Below, in pieces: positions 15,401 through 30,400 of a stretch of 64,000 nucleotides of DNA. The notes beneath the pieces are model-generated. The model worked only from the letters and a program-made list of their open reading frames with translations. It had not been told where the DNA came from and searched no databases. The stretch lies in contig NC_057719.1 in assembly GCF_004010195.1 (NCBI RefSeq), positions 73,149,446 to 73,213,445 of the forward strand, in the 5' to 3' direction. The stretch is from Chiloscyllium plagiosum (lineage: Eukaryota). Numbering within the stretch: position 1 is the stretch's first letter; every line of letters begins with the position of its first letter. Made by a program: the position numbers and the translations under genes.

Positions 15401-18400
15401 TCGAGCCAGAATTTCACCTATCGTATTAATGAGGTCTTGCACCTTCCTTTACACTTCAGAATATTTACTGTCTTCCATTTTACTATCTACTGCAAATTTA
15501 GATACAAAGTTCTTTCCCCTATATTCAAATCATTCATGTAACTATCATTAGAATAAACCATCTAGTTCACTGATGTCTTTTAGGGAAGAAGATCTACCAT
15601 TCTTATTTGGTCTCCCCTACATGCCTCCAGACCTATAACAACTGTCCTCTGGCTTGTGAGACCATTTCATTCAGTTCAAGGGCAATAAGGAATAGAGCAA
15701 TAAATGTGAGCTTGACAACACCACAAAAAGAATCCAATCACTTTGAGAAATCACCCTGAACCATCATTCTTTCTCACTTTTATTTAACCCCACAACTGCA
15801 TACCAATCAATCTTCTCTAAGGTTTTTATGTTTTACTTTGTCAAAGCCTCCCAAAGTACAACTGTTCCACATTGCCACATTTCCTCCAACTGCCAAAGCT
15901 CCAGCTCAAGAGACTCCTTGATTTTTTCAGGTTTGACCTTCCCTTATAAAAACCTTTAATTGGCTACCTTCTCGTCATCCGGATATTTGCAAATTAATTT
16001 TGAATTGAACGGGACTGCAATATTATTGTGTAGGTGATAGCATTGCTCACTCTACTTAAAACAAGTATTACATTCACAAGACCCCAATCCAGAGGAACCC
16101 AGTTTATAGGTGGACAAAGATTAAGTGTGAAATACTTTAATCATAAACGCACTCAAGAAAATATCAAGAGGCAAGTTGTGGAGGCATGACTTCAAATTAG
16201 AAAAGATAAGACAAATGAGTTGACAATCAGCTTTAAAATTTCTTTGCTGGTAATCTTTATAGCAGCTGCCACCTAAAAGGTCAAATTTGACTCCGTGCCA
16301 GAACAGGCACCATTTTCTCATTTAAAAAAAATCCCAGCCTCATTAGTTTTAATAGCTGTGCGAGCTTCTTGAGAATAAAAATGAACTGCCATACCTTCAG
16401 GAGGTTTTCAATCACCATGCAATTATCAAAATTCTCTATAAGTGAGTATATACAGAGCCATAAAAATAGTGGAGAAAATTAATACAGCGAATGGAGTAAA
16501 AATGTTATAGTGACTTATGACAAATCACAGTTTAAACAATTTTTCTCAAGACATACAAGATCTCGAAAACAGTAATCAGAAATGTTGGAGTAAGTGCAAG
16601 TGGAATCAAACATAATCAACTGACGATTGAAGAGAAGCAAAGATAAATATTCTGGTCTGTCATTATTGTTGACTCAATGATAGTTTAGTTGCTCCATCAT
16701 GTTAGCAATGTGATCGCAGTTCGAATATCCCAATATCAATTAGATAATAATTAATCCAATTTGTTCTTTCAACTGAGGTCCTTAAATCAGACAGATTTTA
16801 TTATATGAAACAAAAAACACCAATAAAATGTAGAGAAGTTCTGACTTACTAACAAAGCTTTGAGGTCCAGCATCCACTCCTTTTTAAGGATAACCATGGC
16901 AGCCATACCACAGAAAGTATAGCCACCATGGGCTTCCATTCCAGGTACACCACCAATCCCACCCTCCCAATTCTGACATCTGTAAAGGAAACACAATTGT
17001 CACTGTTCTACAAAAGGTAATCAAAATCAATTTTTCACTTCCCCTCTGTGCTGATCCTTTCTACAGAGCATGCTCAGAGATATGCTGCAAGACCATGTTT
17101 AATTTTCTGTTTTGACACATCTTTCATATACAGTGATTTTTCGATCTTTTGCTTTGACATGAAATGGTCAGCTTTTCATGACCAGCTGAACATGATCCAA
17201 AATCCTGGGTATATTGTTAAAAAACAGCCTCTCAAGATAGGTTTCTTGAATATATGCACACTTAAGTGATCATATATTTGAAACACTGCCAAAAGCTTAA
17301 GTTTGTAATTGTCAGATTTGCATTTTGCTTTATATAGTAACATTATCAAATTTAAAAGTCACATCTAAAAATGCTTCTGAATTTCTTCATGATAAAGAAA
17401 CCTACATCATAGCAGTTTAGTGAGGAGGAAAGTGACAGCCTTCCAACAGCAACTTCTTGACTTCCAGTACTTCCTGCAGTTTTGGAGAGATATTGAATGC
17501 AGAGGACATAGAAAGAATAGAATACTTTCCCAAAAGAGTTTGTCCAATCAGTTCTTAGAATTGATACTCAAACATTAATTGAACATGGGCAGCATTTTGG
17601 CTAAATAACATTTGATTAGATGAAGAGGTGACCCAAATTCCAATTGCAATCTCAATTGTTTATAACGTTTCTGCACCTTTACTGGATATTTGCAACTGCC
17701 AAGAGACGACAGTTGAAAATGAGAATTTTCTTCACAGCAGTTCAACTGCTAATCATGCTGTGCTCATCTAGTCATGGGATGCAATTCAGCAGACTGCCCA
17801 TCCTCCCATCTAAGCTGGGCATTGAGGCATCTAATAAATAGTGCAATTGAGTAAAGGATACAAACAAATATAATTAATGTGAATATACCCTTCTCACATT
17901 ACATGATTATTCAGAAGCAGCACATAAGCAATGCATCCCAAACATCAATACTAATTCACAACATTTGAAAACAATTGAATTGTCTATTGATTTTTCTCAT
18001 CTCATAGATACTGACCTTAACACCCACTCAGGTGTCCCCTCAAACAACGTTGGTGTGATGATGTTCGTTAAGGATGCAACAGATGCCGCACAGTAGGCAC
18101 TCCTAGAAAATAGCAGAACAGTACATTTGTTTCCTGCATCATTTAATGAAAAGTGTTTGAAATCAGTAGGGAACATTTCAAAATAATGAATTTGTGATTT
18201 TTATTCTTCACATTACTGATGTTAATAATTTATCAAAAAACAAAGTTTAAGTCTTTGAACAGTGTTTTCGGTTGCAAATAAATAATTTCAAATGCTGCAG
18301 TTTTAATCACGAAACAGAAGAACCTTAAAGCTAAGCATCCTGTACTCTTAACAGCGTGATTCGCTACATTGTCAATCCCTCCAGTCTTTGCACAGAAGCC

Positions 18401-21400
18401 AAGACAAGCAGCATTAATTATACACGAAAATATATTTACTCTTAAAAATACAAATTTTTAGATCAATTCGATTACTATAACGCACCAAACACTTTAAAAT
18501 TTTGGATGAGTTATTGCATTCATCAAAACATCACTGCTGAAGCACTCAGCATCCAGTACTACCAAACAAAGCGTAACATCAGTGATATGTAAAGCAAAAC
18601 TACTCTGGCCTTGTTCCAGTCATACAACTCGATCCCAAGCTCCAAGACCACAGTCCATCAAACTTTGGAAAATGTTACCCTTCAAAAGAGATCTTTAAAG
18701 CCTCCTTGCAAATTGCAGTTTTGTGGTGTGAACTGAACTGACCATTATCAGGGCTTCAGCAAGACAAATTCATCCTTACATAAATCACAGATAACAATAT
18801 AATTCTCCATCCAACTCTAGGCTTTGAAATGAAAGGGCAGAATTGTAGAGATTGTAATGGTGTCACCCAGATGGACCTCAGAATATGAGTTCCCTGATTG
18901 GGGCTGTTAATCTGGTCCAATCAGGGAGCCTGGGCTGACAGATAACAGGAGTGTCAGATATCCTTTCACTCTGAGCTGGCTCTGAGAGAGCTGGATCAGT
19001 GTCAAGTACTCTCCATGTGTAAATAAAGAGTAACTTAGTGATGGGATCCAAACTATGTGGAGTAATTTCAAGAATGTTAACCTATTGCTTGCAATGGCCT
19101 CTTTGTGACTCCTTTTGGAAATTGTATGATCCATGATTTCTCACTGGTTTTCTCTGCAATTTTCTTTTTAAATTTAACTTTTCAAGAAAGGACTTATGAG
19201 TTTTCAAACATTATTTGGACACACGGTTATGATAGAACAATAGTGAATTCCAAAGACAAAATGCAGTGGCAAAATGATCTTCAAAGTTTGATATAACAGT
19301 TTTTAAAAAATGAATTGTGATTCAAATCAGAATGTGATCTATTTAGTAACTTATGAATTTTATGGTTTTGAAAACACCAATTTTGATGAACTACTGCAGG
19401 CACAGATGCGGATGAAGTTTAAAAGGCAGTTATAGGTGTGAACACTGCCTTTGAAATTGATTTAAGTCCAGAGATAGCTAGTGTTTTAGAACCTATCGAT
19501 ATTAGAATGTACCTTCCTAACAAGCAGGTAAACCAGCTCTTTGTTTATTGATTGACAGCTCCATGCTGAGGTAAAGAAATATATACTATACATTTTAATT
19601 GGTTCAACAACTCTTATTCTATTGCTCTGAAAGCCAATGCTATGTGAACTGACAGCTTGTGTCTTTTGTTCACCATGAGTGACAATGTGCATCATGTTTC
19701 ATCCTGGTAGTTCAAATTATGTAATTAGTGTTCCACTTGATTGTAGAGGGAACAGCAATTAAAGGAGCAACTTTTTTTATATAGAGAACACATCTGGTGC
19801 AGCTGAAAATCCTAACCACCCTGAAATGGATTGAGAGGTTTATCTTGTTTCATATATTATGCAGTTGAAAGTGTGTACTGTACCTTTAAGAGAGAGTGAA
19901 AGCTGAAAGCTGGCAAGCACCTGTCATGTGACTGACTGGTAGTCACAGTGTGCTGGAAAATTGGAAGGTGGAACATTTGGCTGTAATCTAGATATCGGAG
20001 TTGTTTTCACTGCAGTTCGAATTCAACCAGTTTAAATTATGCGCCATGATACTAAATTCCAATTGAATTTGAATTTTACTGTTTTGACAACATCGAACCA
20101 ATGAGACGATCTGATATTTGGGATATAAAAAAAGCAGGCATTTTGGACAGTTAGCCAGAAAGAGCACCAACTGCCATTGAAAGGCTGCTGTTCAATACAC
20201 ACTGTCAAAGGTACCTTTTTCATATGAAACATCTTTGCAGCAGAAGACCGATGACGACCCAGGGAGATCTACAAACAGAGGAAAATCGACACCAGAGATG
20301 ACAGCTGCAGTCTGATAGGGGCTTTATTGGATCATTATATTGTTATAGAGTGGGAGGTACATAACAAATCTTTAAGCAAAAGGAGGCTTTGAGTTGTAAA
20401 CAGTTGTTTAACGCTCACTTTCAGAGTTAAAAAATAAATTGATTTTTTTTCTTTAAATACTAGAATTTAGGTAGTTCTCTGTCACTCATACTTTAACAGA
20501 TTACAAGGCGAGGTGAGCTTTTCTCTGTGCTTGGTTTAATTAGCAGATGGGTTTCCTGCTATGTCGTAACACATAATTCAAGAGAAAGAAACCCAACACT
20601 GAATAAAAAAGCAAACGAACCAAACATCAATACATGCTTCAGATTCACACCTCGGAGTCTTCAAATTGAAAACAAAAACAACTGGAAAGTCTCTCATCCA
20701 AAAAATTTAAAGGTGTCAAGCAAATGCTTTCTATGTATGATAAATGGAAGTTAGGTACTGAAATAAAACATTGTTCTAACATGGCCAATATGGTGCACTG
20801 ATAATCCAAAGACTCAATGATACAGATTACTACTCTGGAATCTCCAGGATTGTGATTATTTACTGCTATCATAGAGAGGTAATAGTTGGAGATATAACAT
20901 GAATGCAGAAACGGTTAAGAGGCAAAATGCACATGATTTGCCATGAAGAACCAGGGACATGAAAGATTATATTTAACCCAGAATCTTCTTTTCCCCTAAG
21001 GGCATTCAAATGATCAGCAATGCTTCCATCAAAATAGGCTGAACAGTTATATTCATAAGTACTGCACTTGCTCCAAGTACAGACTACTAGATTCATTGAC
21101 TGAAAATCCATTAAGTTTAGACTAATAACTTTCCCTGTGCAAAAGTATTTGCTTTTAAATGCAGAACATACAGACCATACTTAAATAATCTTCTTTCATG
21201 TCCAATTTCTACATCACCAAACCCTGTCCTATGAGTGGGACAGGCTAGAGATGGTGACATATTCAGTCCAGAATGGACCAGGATCCTCAGCATCAATTCT
21301 GGACCTCACGAGGTAGCATGGTTACAGGTCAAACTTGCAGCTAATTTCCAAATACCATTTCCCTGGATCACAAATAGGTAACCAGTGTTGAACACCATGG

Positions 21401-24400
21401 AAGGAGCATTAATGATAGCACAGTTACAGAATATATTTAGAGGGCAGCATTACTGGCCTAGCTGGCAGAGTCCTGAAAGAGGTATCTGCCAGACCAGGGG
21501 CAGGTGAAGAAAGAGCCATTGAGGTGAAATCTACTTGACCTCATACACACCAAACTATGTGTCATAGATATTACTCTCCATAACTGCACCCTACCACAAT
21601 CTGGCTACCAAGCAGGGGAACAATTCTGGTTTAAAGACATGTCAAACAATATATGTGGTATAGCAAGAGGTAATGAATGGCAGGGTCAAATACAGCATCC
21701 TTGTTGGCATACTCCTGAGATCTTTGCGACTTGAATCAAGTGGCTTCACTCCACACATATTCAGAAATAGAGGGGTATGGTGGATGCAGCAAAGGGCTTG
21801 CTCGGAGTGCGCCCTGTGCTCAAGACTAGCCATTCCTTTAGCCTGTTATGGCACTGGCATCCACCATTAAGGAAAGAAAAATTTCCTGTGTATGTCTTTG
21901 CCACAAAAAGTAGAACATTTATTGCCTCAGCAGCATAGTCATGGAAGATGTCCTTAATTATGAGATCAGGTGGCATTTATGTTCATTAATGCTTCGGAAA
22001 CAAAAACACAAAGGCTGGCAAAACTCAGCAGATTGCTTTCTTCCCACAGATGCTGTCCAAAGTATATATTTAGAGTCTGTTGACTGTTCACCAGAACTGA
22101 CACTTTGGATCCCCAAGACCACTGAGGTCTGGACCACATTATGGTCCTGGTACAAATATGGACAAAGAGCTAAATTCCTAAGGTGAGGCAGAAGTGATTG
22201 TGCCTCAATCACTTCTGCCTCACCTTAGGCAGCAGATGATTATGGCATGAAAGCGTCCTACTAAAATTTAAGTCAATGTGAATCAGGGAAAATCCCTTCT
22301 ATAGCTGGAATCATATAAGAAAGATGGTTGCAATGTTTGGAGGCCAATCACCTCTGTCTCTAGTTACACTGCAAAAGTATCTTAAGTCTCCTCAGCTGCC
22401 GTATTGATAACTTTCCATGATTAGATCCGAAACAGGATGCTCACTGACATTTGGAGTGTACAGTTTCTCAGATAATAATCAGTAAGAACTTACATGTAGC
22501 AAGTTCTGGACAATTTCTGGGTTTGAGTCAATAGTTGTTCAGAGATATTTGTGCCTCGCAAGTGCCAGGCAGTTCCTACCTCAAACAAAAGGGAGAGTCT
22601 AATCACACCCCTTTAATATTCAACAGCATGAGAATTGTTGAATCCCTCATCGTGAGCAATCTAGAGTTGACCAGATCTTTAAATGGACCATTCATATAAA
22701 TAAATACAGCAATAACAAGAACAAGAATCCTCAAAACTTTTCCACCACCTACAAGACATGGTAAGGAAGGAGATGGAACACTCTCCACTCACCTGAAAGA
22801 GTGCAGGCTCCAACAATACGCAGGGAACTCCATAGTATCCCAGACAACGTAATCTACTTGACAATATTTCCCCATCCTAAATATTTACTCCCTCCAGCAC
22901 CAAAACAATGTTGTTGCAGCAGATAAGATCCATGGGATGCCCTACAGCAAATTGCCTTCCAAAACCATGATCACGAGCAATTAGAAGGGCTCGCATATTT
23001 GATAAATGCAAAAACAACAGTTACAAATTTCATTCCACGTCACACAGACTTTGACATAGATTGTTTAATGGGAAAACACTCATTGTAGGATATCTATACC
23101 ACATGAACTGTCAGGGTTCACTATTGCCTTTCAGGCAATTAGCGATAGACAATGAATGGGGAAACAAAAAGGTAAAAACAATGACTGCAGATGCTGAAAA
23201 CCAGATTCTGGATTAGTGGTGTTGGAAGAGCACAGCAGTTCAGGCAGCATCCGAGGAGCAGCGAAATCGACGTTTCGGGCAAAAGCCTATTCCTGATGAA
23301 GGGCTTTTGCCTGAAACGTCGATTTCGCTGCTCCAATGAATGGGGAATTTGAGTGACACCTTTATCCCACGAATGAATAAAATTTTTCAAAACATATGAT
23401 TGTAATATAAATTAAACTACTTCAGCAATTCCATTTAGTGTTTGATTAAAGCATTGGCTGCCCCAGGAGTTCAACATGATGTTTTATTTCATGAGGCAGT
23501 ATGATTTTTAAGGTAAAGGATTTTAAATAATCTGTCTATTTGTTGTACATCTTAACTTAAATGGTACATAGAGATGTAAAGCACGGAAACAGACCCTTAA
23601 GTTCAACTTGTCCATGCCGACCAGATATTCCAACCCCATCTAGTCCCACCTGCCAGCACCAGGCCCATATCCCTTCAAAACCTTCCTTTTCATATACCCA
23701 TCCAGATGTCTTTTAAATGTTGCAATTGTACAAGCCTCTACCACTTCCTCTGGCAGCTCAATCCATACACGTACCACCTTCTGCATGACAAAGTTGCCCC
23801 TTAGGTCTCTTTTATATCTTTCCCCTCTCACCCTAAACCTATGCCCTCTAGTCTTGGACTTCACAACATCTTTCCAATAGGAAGGAGGCCAGAATTACAC
23901 ACAATATTCCAACAGAGGCCTAACCAATGTCCTGTACAGCCGCAACATGACCTTCCAACTCCTGTACTCAATTATCTGACCAATAAAGGAAAGCATATCA
24001 AATGTCTTCTTCACTATCCTATCTACCTGCGACTCCACTTTCAAGGAGTTATGTTCAGCAAAACTCCGAGGACCTTACCATTAAGTGTATGAGTCCTGCT
24101 AAGATTTGCTTTCCCAAAATGCAGCACCTCACATTTATCTAAATTAAACTCTATCTGCCACTTCTCAGTCCATTGGCCCATCTGATCAAGATCCCATTAT
24201 AATCTGAGGTAACCTTCTTTGCTGTCCACTACACCTCCAATTTTGGTGTCATCTGCAAACTTACTAACTATACCGCTTATCCTCACATCCAAATCATTTA
24301 CATACATGATCTCCATACAAATTTCTTTCTCAATTTCCCTCTGACTATTAGAGGGTGTATAATACAATGCCAATAAGGTGATCATCCCTTTCCTATTTCT

Positions 24401-27400
24401 CAGTTCCACCCAAATAACTTCCCTATGTATTTCTGGGATATCCTCTCCTCTGCATAGCTGTAATGCTTTCCCTTATCAAAAAAGCCACTTCTGCTCCTCT
24501 CTTGCCTCCCTTTCTGTCCTTTCTATAGCATGTGTGTCCTGGAAATAATTAAGTGTGGAAGACAAAAATAATTCAGAATTAGATAATGTCTGAAAATTGA
24601 GACAAAGGCATCAGGCTGTTTGCCCATTTTACTTGAAATGGATTGCAATATATTAGATCCAGTTTGAAAGTATTTACCATTTCCTTCCAATGTTGGTTGC
24701 CTCATCAAATAATTTTCAGTATTGTCTAAACATGGTTTTCAATGCTTACTGCCTTTCTTTCAATAATGAGCAAATCATAATCAAAACTCACCTAACATCG
24801 ACTTCTCCACTCACGTGCATAGTAAAGGAACCATTAGACTGTTTCACAGAGTATAGAAATTCTAGCAGCTTTTCCCTTCAATGAGAACAAAGAAATACCA
24901 GTTAGAGAAGGTTCAGCCTCAATTAAAATCTCCAATAGTTTGAATTTAAGTTGTCAAATGCTTTGAATAATAATCAACACATTTAGATTTTTGGTCACAA
25001 TCAAAGAATGTGATACTCTGAACACAAGGTGCAATGATTAAAGTAGAAAATAACAAAATCTTGCTGCAAAACTGCCCATGCTCAGTCACTTTGTAAGTTA
25101 TTGTACATCTACATGGCTGGTGAATTGGAAGTCAGCTTTTGCCTGGTCTTGTGGTTCTGAGATATTTATGTAATAATACAAAAGGTAGAAAGACAGAATG
25201 TTGTGTACAAAGGTTTTGACTCATTTTACAGTCCAATCTCTCTCACACCACAAAACACACAACTATGGGAACACATGGATAGGTTCTTGCATCTACCGAA
25301 TTACATTTCTTTAATAGGGACTTGAGTGCATCTAGTTATTGGAATGGGGAGAAAGAAGAACGATGATGGTTGGTGAACATTTTCCCATACAGATGAGGTT
25401 AGGGACTTAACACAAATATTTATCCTGCCAATTTATGGCATTCAATAATTCAATGGGCGAGGTAGATCTCCAACTGTTACTCAATCATTACGAAATAAGC
25501 CAAGGTGAGAAATTCATCATTCAAATTATAAATGATCACTTCTGAAAGTTCACTGCTTAAAATACAGTTAAAGTCACAGGGACATTAAACAGGTCTACAG
25601 GAATGGTGCAACATCATGTCCACACAAAGTATATGTTGAATGGGCATTATTTAGACATACTAGGTGACAGCATTTCATAATATTTTTGAACAGGAAACTC
25701 AAGCAGCCCAGCAGGTATCTTCATTGTTCATTAGACAATGGGCATTCCTAGTGTATGCTAATTAATTTCAAGGACTGGTCTAAAACATCCAAAAGCTGAA
25801 CAAACAGTTCCATTCTTAATCAAAGCTCGATCTTTTGCCACTGTTAGACGTGCATCATTACGGTCAAGATTAGAATGGTGCTGGAAAAGTACAGCAGGTC
25901 AGGCAGCATCCGAGGAGCAGGAAAACACACTTTTCAGGCAGGAGCGCTTCATCAGGAATGAGTCATTCCTGATGAAGGGCTCTTGCCCAAAATGTCGATA
26001 TTCCTGCTCCTCGGACGCTGTCTGACCTGCTGTGCTTTTCCAGCACCACTCTAATCTTGACTCTGATCTCCAGCATCTGCAGTCCTCACTTTTGCCTAGT
26101 GCATCATTATGACCTCTCACCAACAAAACAAAAATTCAAATTTTAAATTGACTGTGCCTATACAATTACATTGTTTAGAATTCCCTGCACCACCCTGTTA
26201 CTTTTCTTTTACATTAAATTATCAAACCATTAGGCATAGAAATGGCTAAAATAGGCACAACTGTAACGATAAGTGCTGAGTCATTTGGAGAAAAGAATGA
26301 GCTGTACTATGATCATAAGGTTTCATTCAGTGCCATTATGGGCTCATCTACCATTTTTAATACAAAAAACAACTGGTGACAAATAAAGTAACATGTACAT
26401 GCAGAGAAGTTGCGAACACATACAACTTTTGATCCTTCTGTTTCTGCATTTAAATCAAAGAGTGATACAAACTGTTTGTTGCCATTTCATATTACAATGA
26501 GAAGGTTTTAAATTTGATTATCTGATTTGTGATACTATGTAGAATATATTACATTAAACAATTTATTATCTATGGGACCAGAAGTGTGCCACTGGATCAA
26601 ATATTCCACATAATCAAGAGGTATATATACATATATAAATATATAAAGTGGAGTAAACCCTTACCATGTGAAACTTCAAAACATCAATATTCCTCAAAAA
26701 ATATACATACAAACATCAATACAACTCCTAAAATCAATGTAAAAATTCACAGGTAATAGAAACATAATGCACGGGATATACACATCACTATTACACTTTA
26801 GTTACAGCATAAATACTTGGACATCACCGTAGATTACAGTATTTAAAGTTTATAATTTTTGGTCTCCATGATGCCACAACCACCTAATGAAGGAGAAGCG
26901 TTCCGAAAGCTAGTGCTTCCAACTAAACCTGTTGGACTATAAACCTCTGGTGCTGTGTGATTTTTTATAAATGATATAATTTTTGCCGTTTTATCTAGAG
27001 TATCGGTTGAGAAGGTACCGGTTAAAACAACATTTGCTGTGCTGTCATTTGGAAATTGTATTTTTAAAATAGTAGCAGATGGCCTTTGTTTTAGTTCTGA
27101 GAAAAGAACTGAATTTTGTTTTCACAATAAGGTCAGAAAGACATTTGGAAAATAGACCCAAATACATAATTTCCAAGAAAGCGTGTGACTTAGTAAGTAT
27201 CTAGCCAGATGTCTGTAATGTTAATCGATGAAGTGTTTACAGTTTCTGACTGAAAAGCAAGTGACTGATAGTTTAGTCAATTCAGGAGAACTCTCATCCT
27301 AGCAGCAGGACTTTGTTAGTATTATACCAAGACCAAGTTGTAAAAGCCTGTACGATTTGAGTGTCCTCCTCTGGAGTAGTGTGTGCAGCTCTGGTCACTC

Positions 27401-30400
27401 TAATAATATCCTTCCTATAACAAAGTGGAGAGGGTTCAGAAAATATTTACCAGGATGTTGCTGGGAATGGAGAGTTGAGTTCCAAAAATAGACCAGAAAG
27501 GCTGGGATCTTTTTCCACGGGAGCATAGGAGGTTGAGGGGTGATTGATTAAAAAAAATGAGAAGGTGAACAGTAAAGGTCTTTTCCCCTTGGTGGGGGAG
27601 TTCAAACTTATTTTTAAGGTGAAAGGAGAAAGATTTTTTAAAAAGATGAGAGGCAACTCTTTTTTAAGAGCGTGGTCAGTGTGCGGAATGAGGAAGTGGT
27701 GGATGCAGATCAGGTTAGCACATTTAAAAGACATTTGGATAGGTATATGAATAGGAAAGGTTTGGAGGGATATGGACCATAGGCAGGTGGAATAGTTTAG
27801 TTTGGGAACATGGCCAGGTGGACTAGTTGGATTGAAGGGGATGTTTCCATGCGGAATGACTTCATGATTCTAAGTCTTTTAACTGTCAGAACTGAAAAGG
27901 AATCCAAGTTCTCTGCTCTGAAAGGAGATAAAGGCCATCAAAACTGGAAAAAGGTTTTAAAACTGTTTCAGCAGTCCAAGGAGGAAAACTGATAATAGCC
28001 AGTAAAGGAAAAAAATTAAGGGGTTAAGGGTAGTTTCTCTTGAATTGAGTACCTGCGGAGGATATTGTTGGGAATAAAGTTGGATCCATGCTTTTGTTAA
28101 GATCCTTTCAAACTTATACATAGCTTTGCTTTTTTTTCCGTTTTGTGAATCAAACGTGTGGAAACTAAAACATCAACAACCACGCATCAATATTTTCACT
28201 GAGACAAATGTAAAAATAAAATTCATGATCTACCAAGCTAAGTTTCATTTGGAAATTGACTCAAGGATTACAATAAGATCATAATGAAAACCATTTTTTG
28301 TCGAGAGGTCCAAAAGTGTGACTGACTATTGCAGATATACATCCAGACGATCTTGGCGAGAAAAGAGGATTGTTTGGAAATTACATAAACTATGTGCCCA
28401 CCCCTTCTCAGGAAAATTAAACTACCGTTGAAGCATGCTGAAGTTGTGAATAAAGATTATAAATCCCTTGTAGAAAAGATCGTATTGAAATCTGATTCAT
28501 ATATTAAATATTGTAACATACCATCACACCAGGTTAAACACATACCTTTAGCCAAGGGATTTAGTGAAGTAGGAGCCACGGTTTTGATGATACAGGATAA
28601 AGATTAGAATGTTCATCTGTTACATTTTGTGCATATGGCCAACCAAGTTTAGCATATCCATGGTGTTGAACAAGGACAAGTAGGTTGTGCAGACAGTGCA
28701 GAGTGATATGGAAAAGTGGATCAGCACAGATCTTGGGTCACCAATATTTTTAATAGATAATGGAGGTGAATTTTAAAATGTCAACTGTTGGGACATTTGT
28801 GAGATTGTAAGCATTATCATAATACACACTGCTGCAGGACATGCACTCTGCAATGGCTCGTGCCAAAACTGGCTTTTAAGTTTTGTGCTTTTTAAAACTG
28901 TAGACTGAAATTAAAAATAGCTATTTTGAAACTCAGGATGGCTTGAAAGTAAGGAATTTTTCACCTTTTGTGAACCCGGTTTACGTAGCTCTAGATGGAC
29001 TAGAGTCAAGAGGATGTTTACGAATGAAGTTGATTGATGTGAATTAGCGGTCAATTATCAATAACAAAGCTCCTCTGCTTGCGGACAAATATGTGATTGG
29101 TCATCAGGCAGCTGGGGCTATAAACAAGACAGAGAGAAGCTAGGTCAGCCCCAAAGCGAAACCAGCAGGTCTGCAGTAGTCAAAAAAACCCTTCAGTAAG
29201 CCACTTTAAACTGAAGAAACCCAATCCTTCAGTGGATACTGCAAGTTGCGACTTTGAATTGAATAAGTGAACCAGTCACCCTATGCCTATTGTGAACTAG
29301 TGGAGGCGTTTGGAAAAAGGTTGAGGACAAATTTTCAGATCAGCAAGAACCAACACAATAGATCTTGTGTTCAAAGAAGATGGACTGGTTGTCCCTCCGT
29401 TCATGTGTTGTCTCTCCCTGTTTGTTTGTCTGTGTGCAAGAGAGAGTTATATACAGCATTAATTTATAGATGTTACTTAATTTAGTTGAATTGCTTACCT
29501 GTAGGCAGAATCTAAGGCCTGGAATAAATAGTGATTCCTTGCTAAGTTCAGAAACCTGGTCTATGAATTCAATCAACTGTGATCTGAAATTGGGTAGCTT
29601 GGGAATTTGTGCGTTTTGTTTTGAAACTTTAATTTTTGGGATAACTCCAGAATAGCAGGGCATGACCTGCAGCACACTACACATTGTTACACTTGTGCCA
29701 AAGAAACTATGCAATAATGGAGATGTTGGACAAAATATCAGCAGATTAGTCAATTCTAAGTTACAAACAGTACAGGAATAAGCAAACGAACATAAAAATT
29801 CCTTACAAATAGTGATGGAATATAGCAATTACTAATTAGTTTATGGTTAGGACCCAAAATTACCTTCAATGCTGCATGAAGATTCTCCAACAGCAAAAAG
29901 ACGTTTGTTTTTGTGCTCATCTAAATGCAATTATTAAAGCCAACAGCATTGAGTCATTGTTTCAAACCATCTGGGGGAGATTTCACACCTAGTGTCAGGA
30001 TTCTTTATAAGAGGATGCAGGGAATGGACTTAAATCAGGAAAAGTTATTGGAGGTATCAGGAATGCTTTCATGTTACGACACTAATCATATCCCTTATGG
30101 CGGGGGAGGAGACTATGAATCATGAATTTTCAAATTCTGAGAACATAGTGTTGATAATAAGCGCCACGTACTTTGCATGCACGAGGCCTACAACTGCAGG
30201 ACTTAAGAATTCAGGAAATACTTGCCAATATACATACTCAAAGATTTGTAGCTCGGGTGCTCATTGTTGTGGTTCTGTTCGCCGAGCTGGGAATGAGGAC
30301 ATGCCGCAACCCAAAGGACTAGCCCCACTACCATACATCAAGAGCATTTCCAAACTGACAGCCAGACTACTGCGACCACTAGGACTCATAACAGCACACA

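Noticed and set aside
16787..16996. 69-aa standalone prenyltransferase ORF
   Set aside because: It is FNTB exon 8 plus intronic flanks, bounded by splice sites at 16979 and 16850.
29340..29828. 162-aa minus-strand ORF
   Set aside because: No recognisable domain or splice support; lies in repeat-like intronic DNA.
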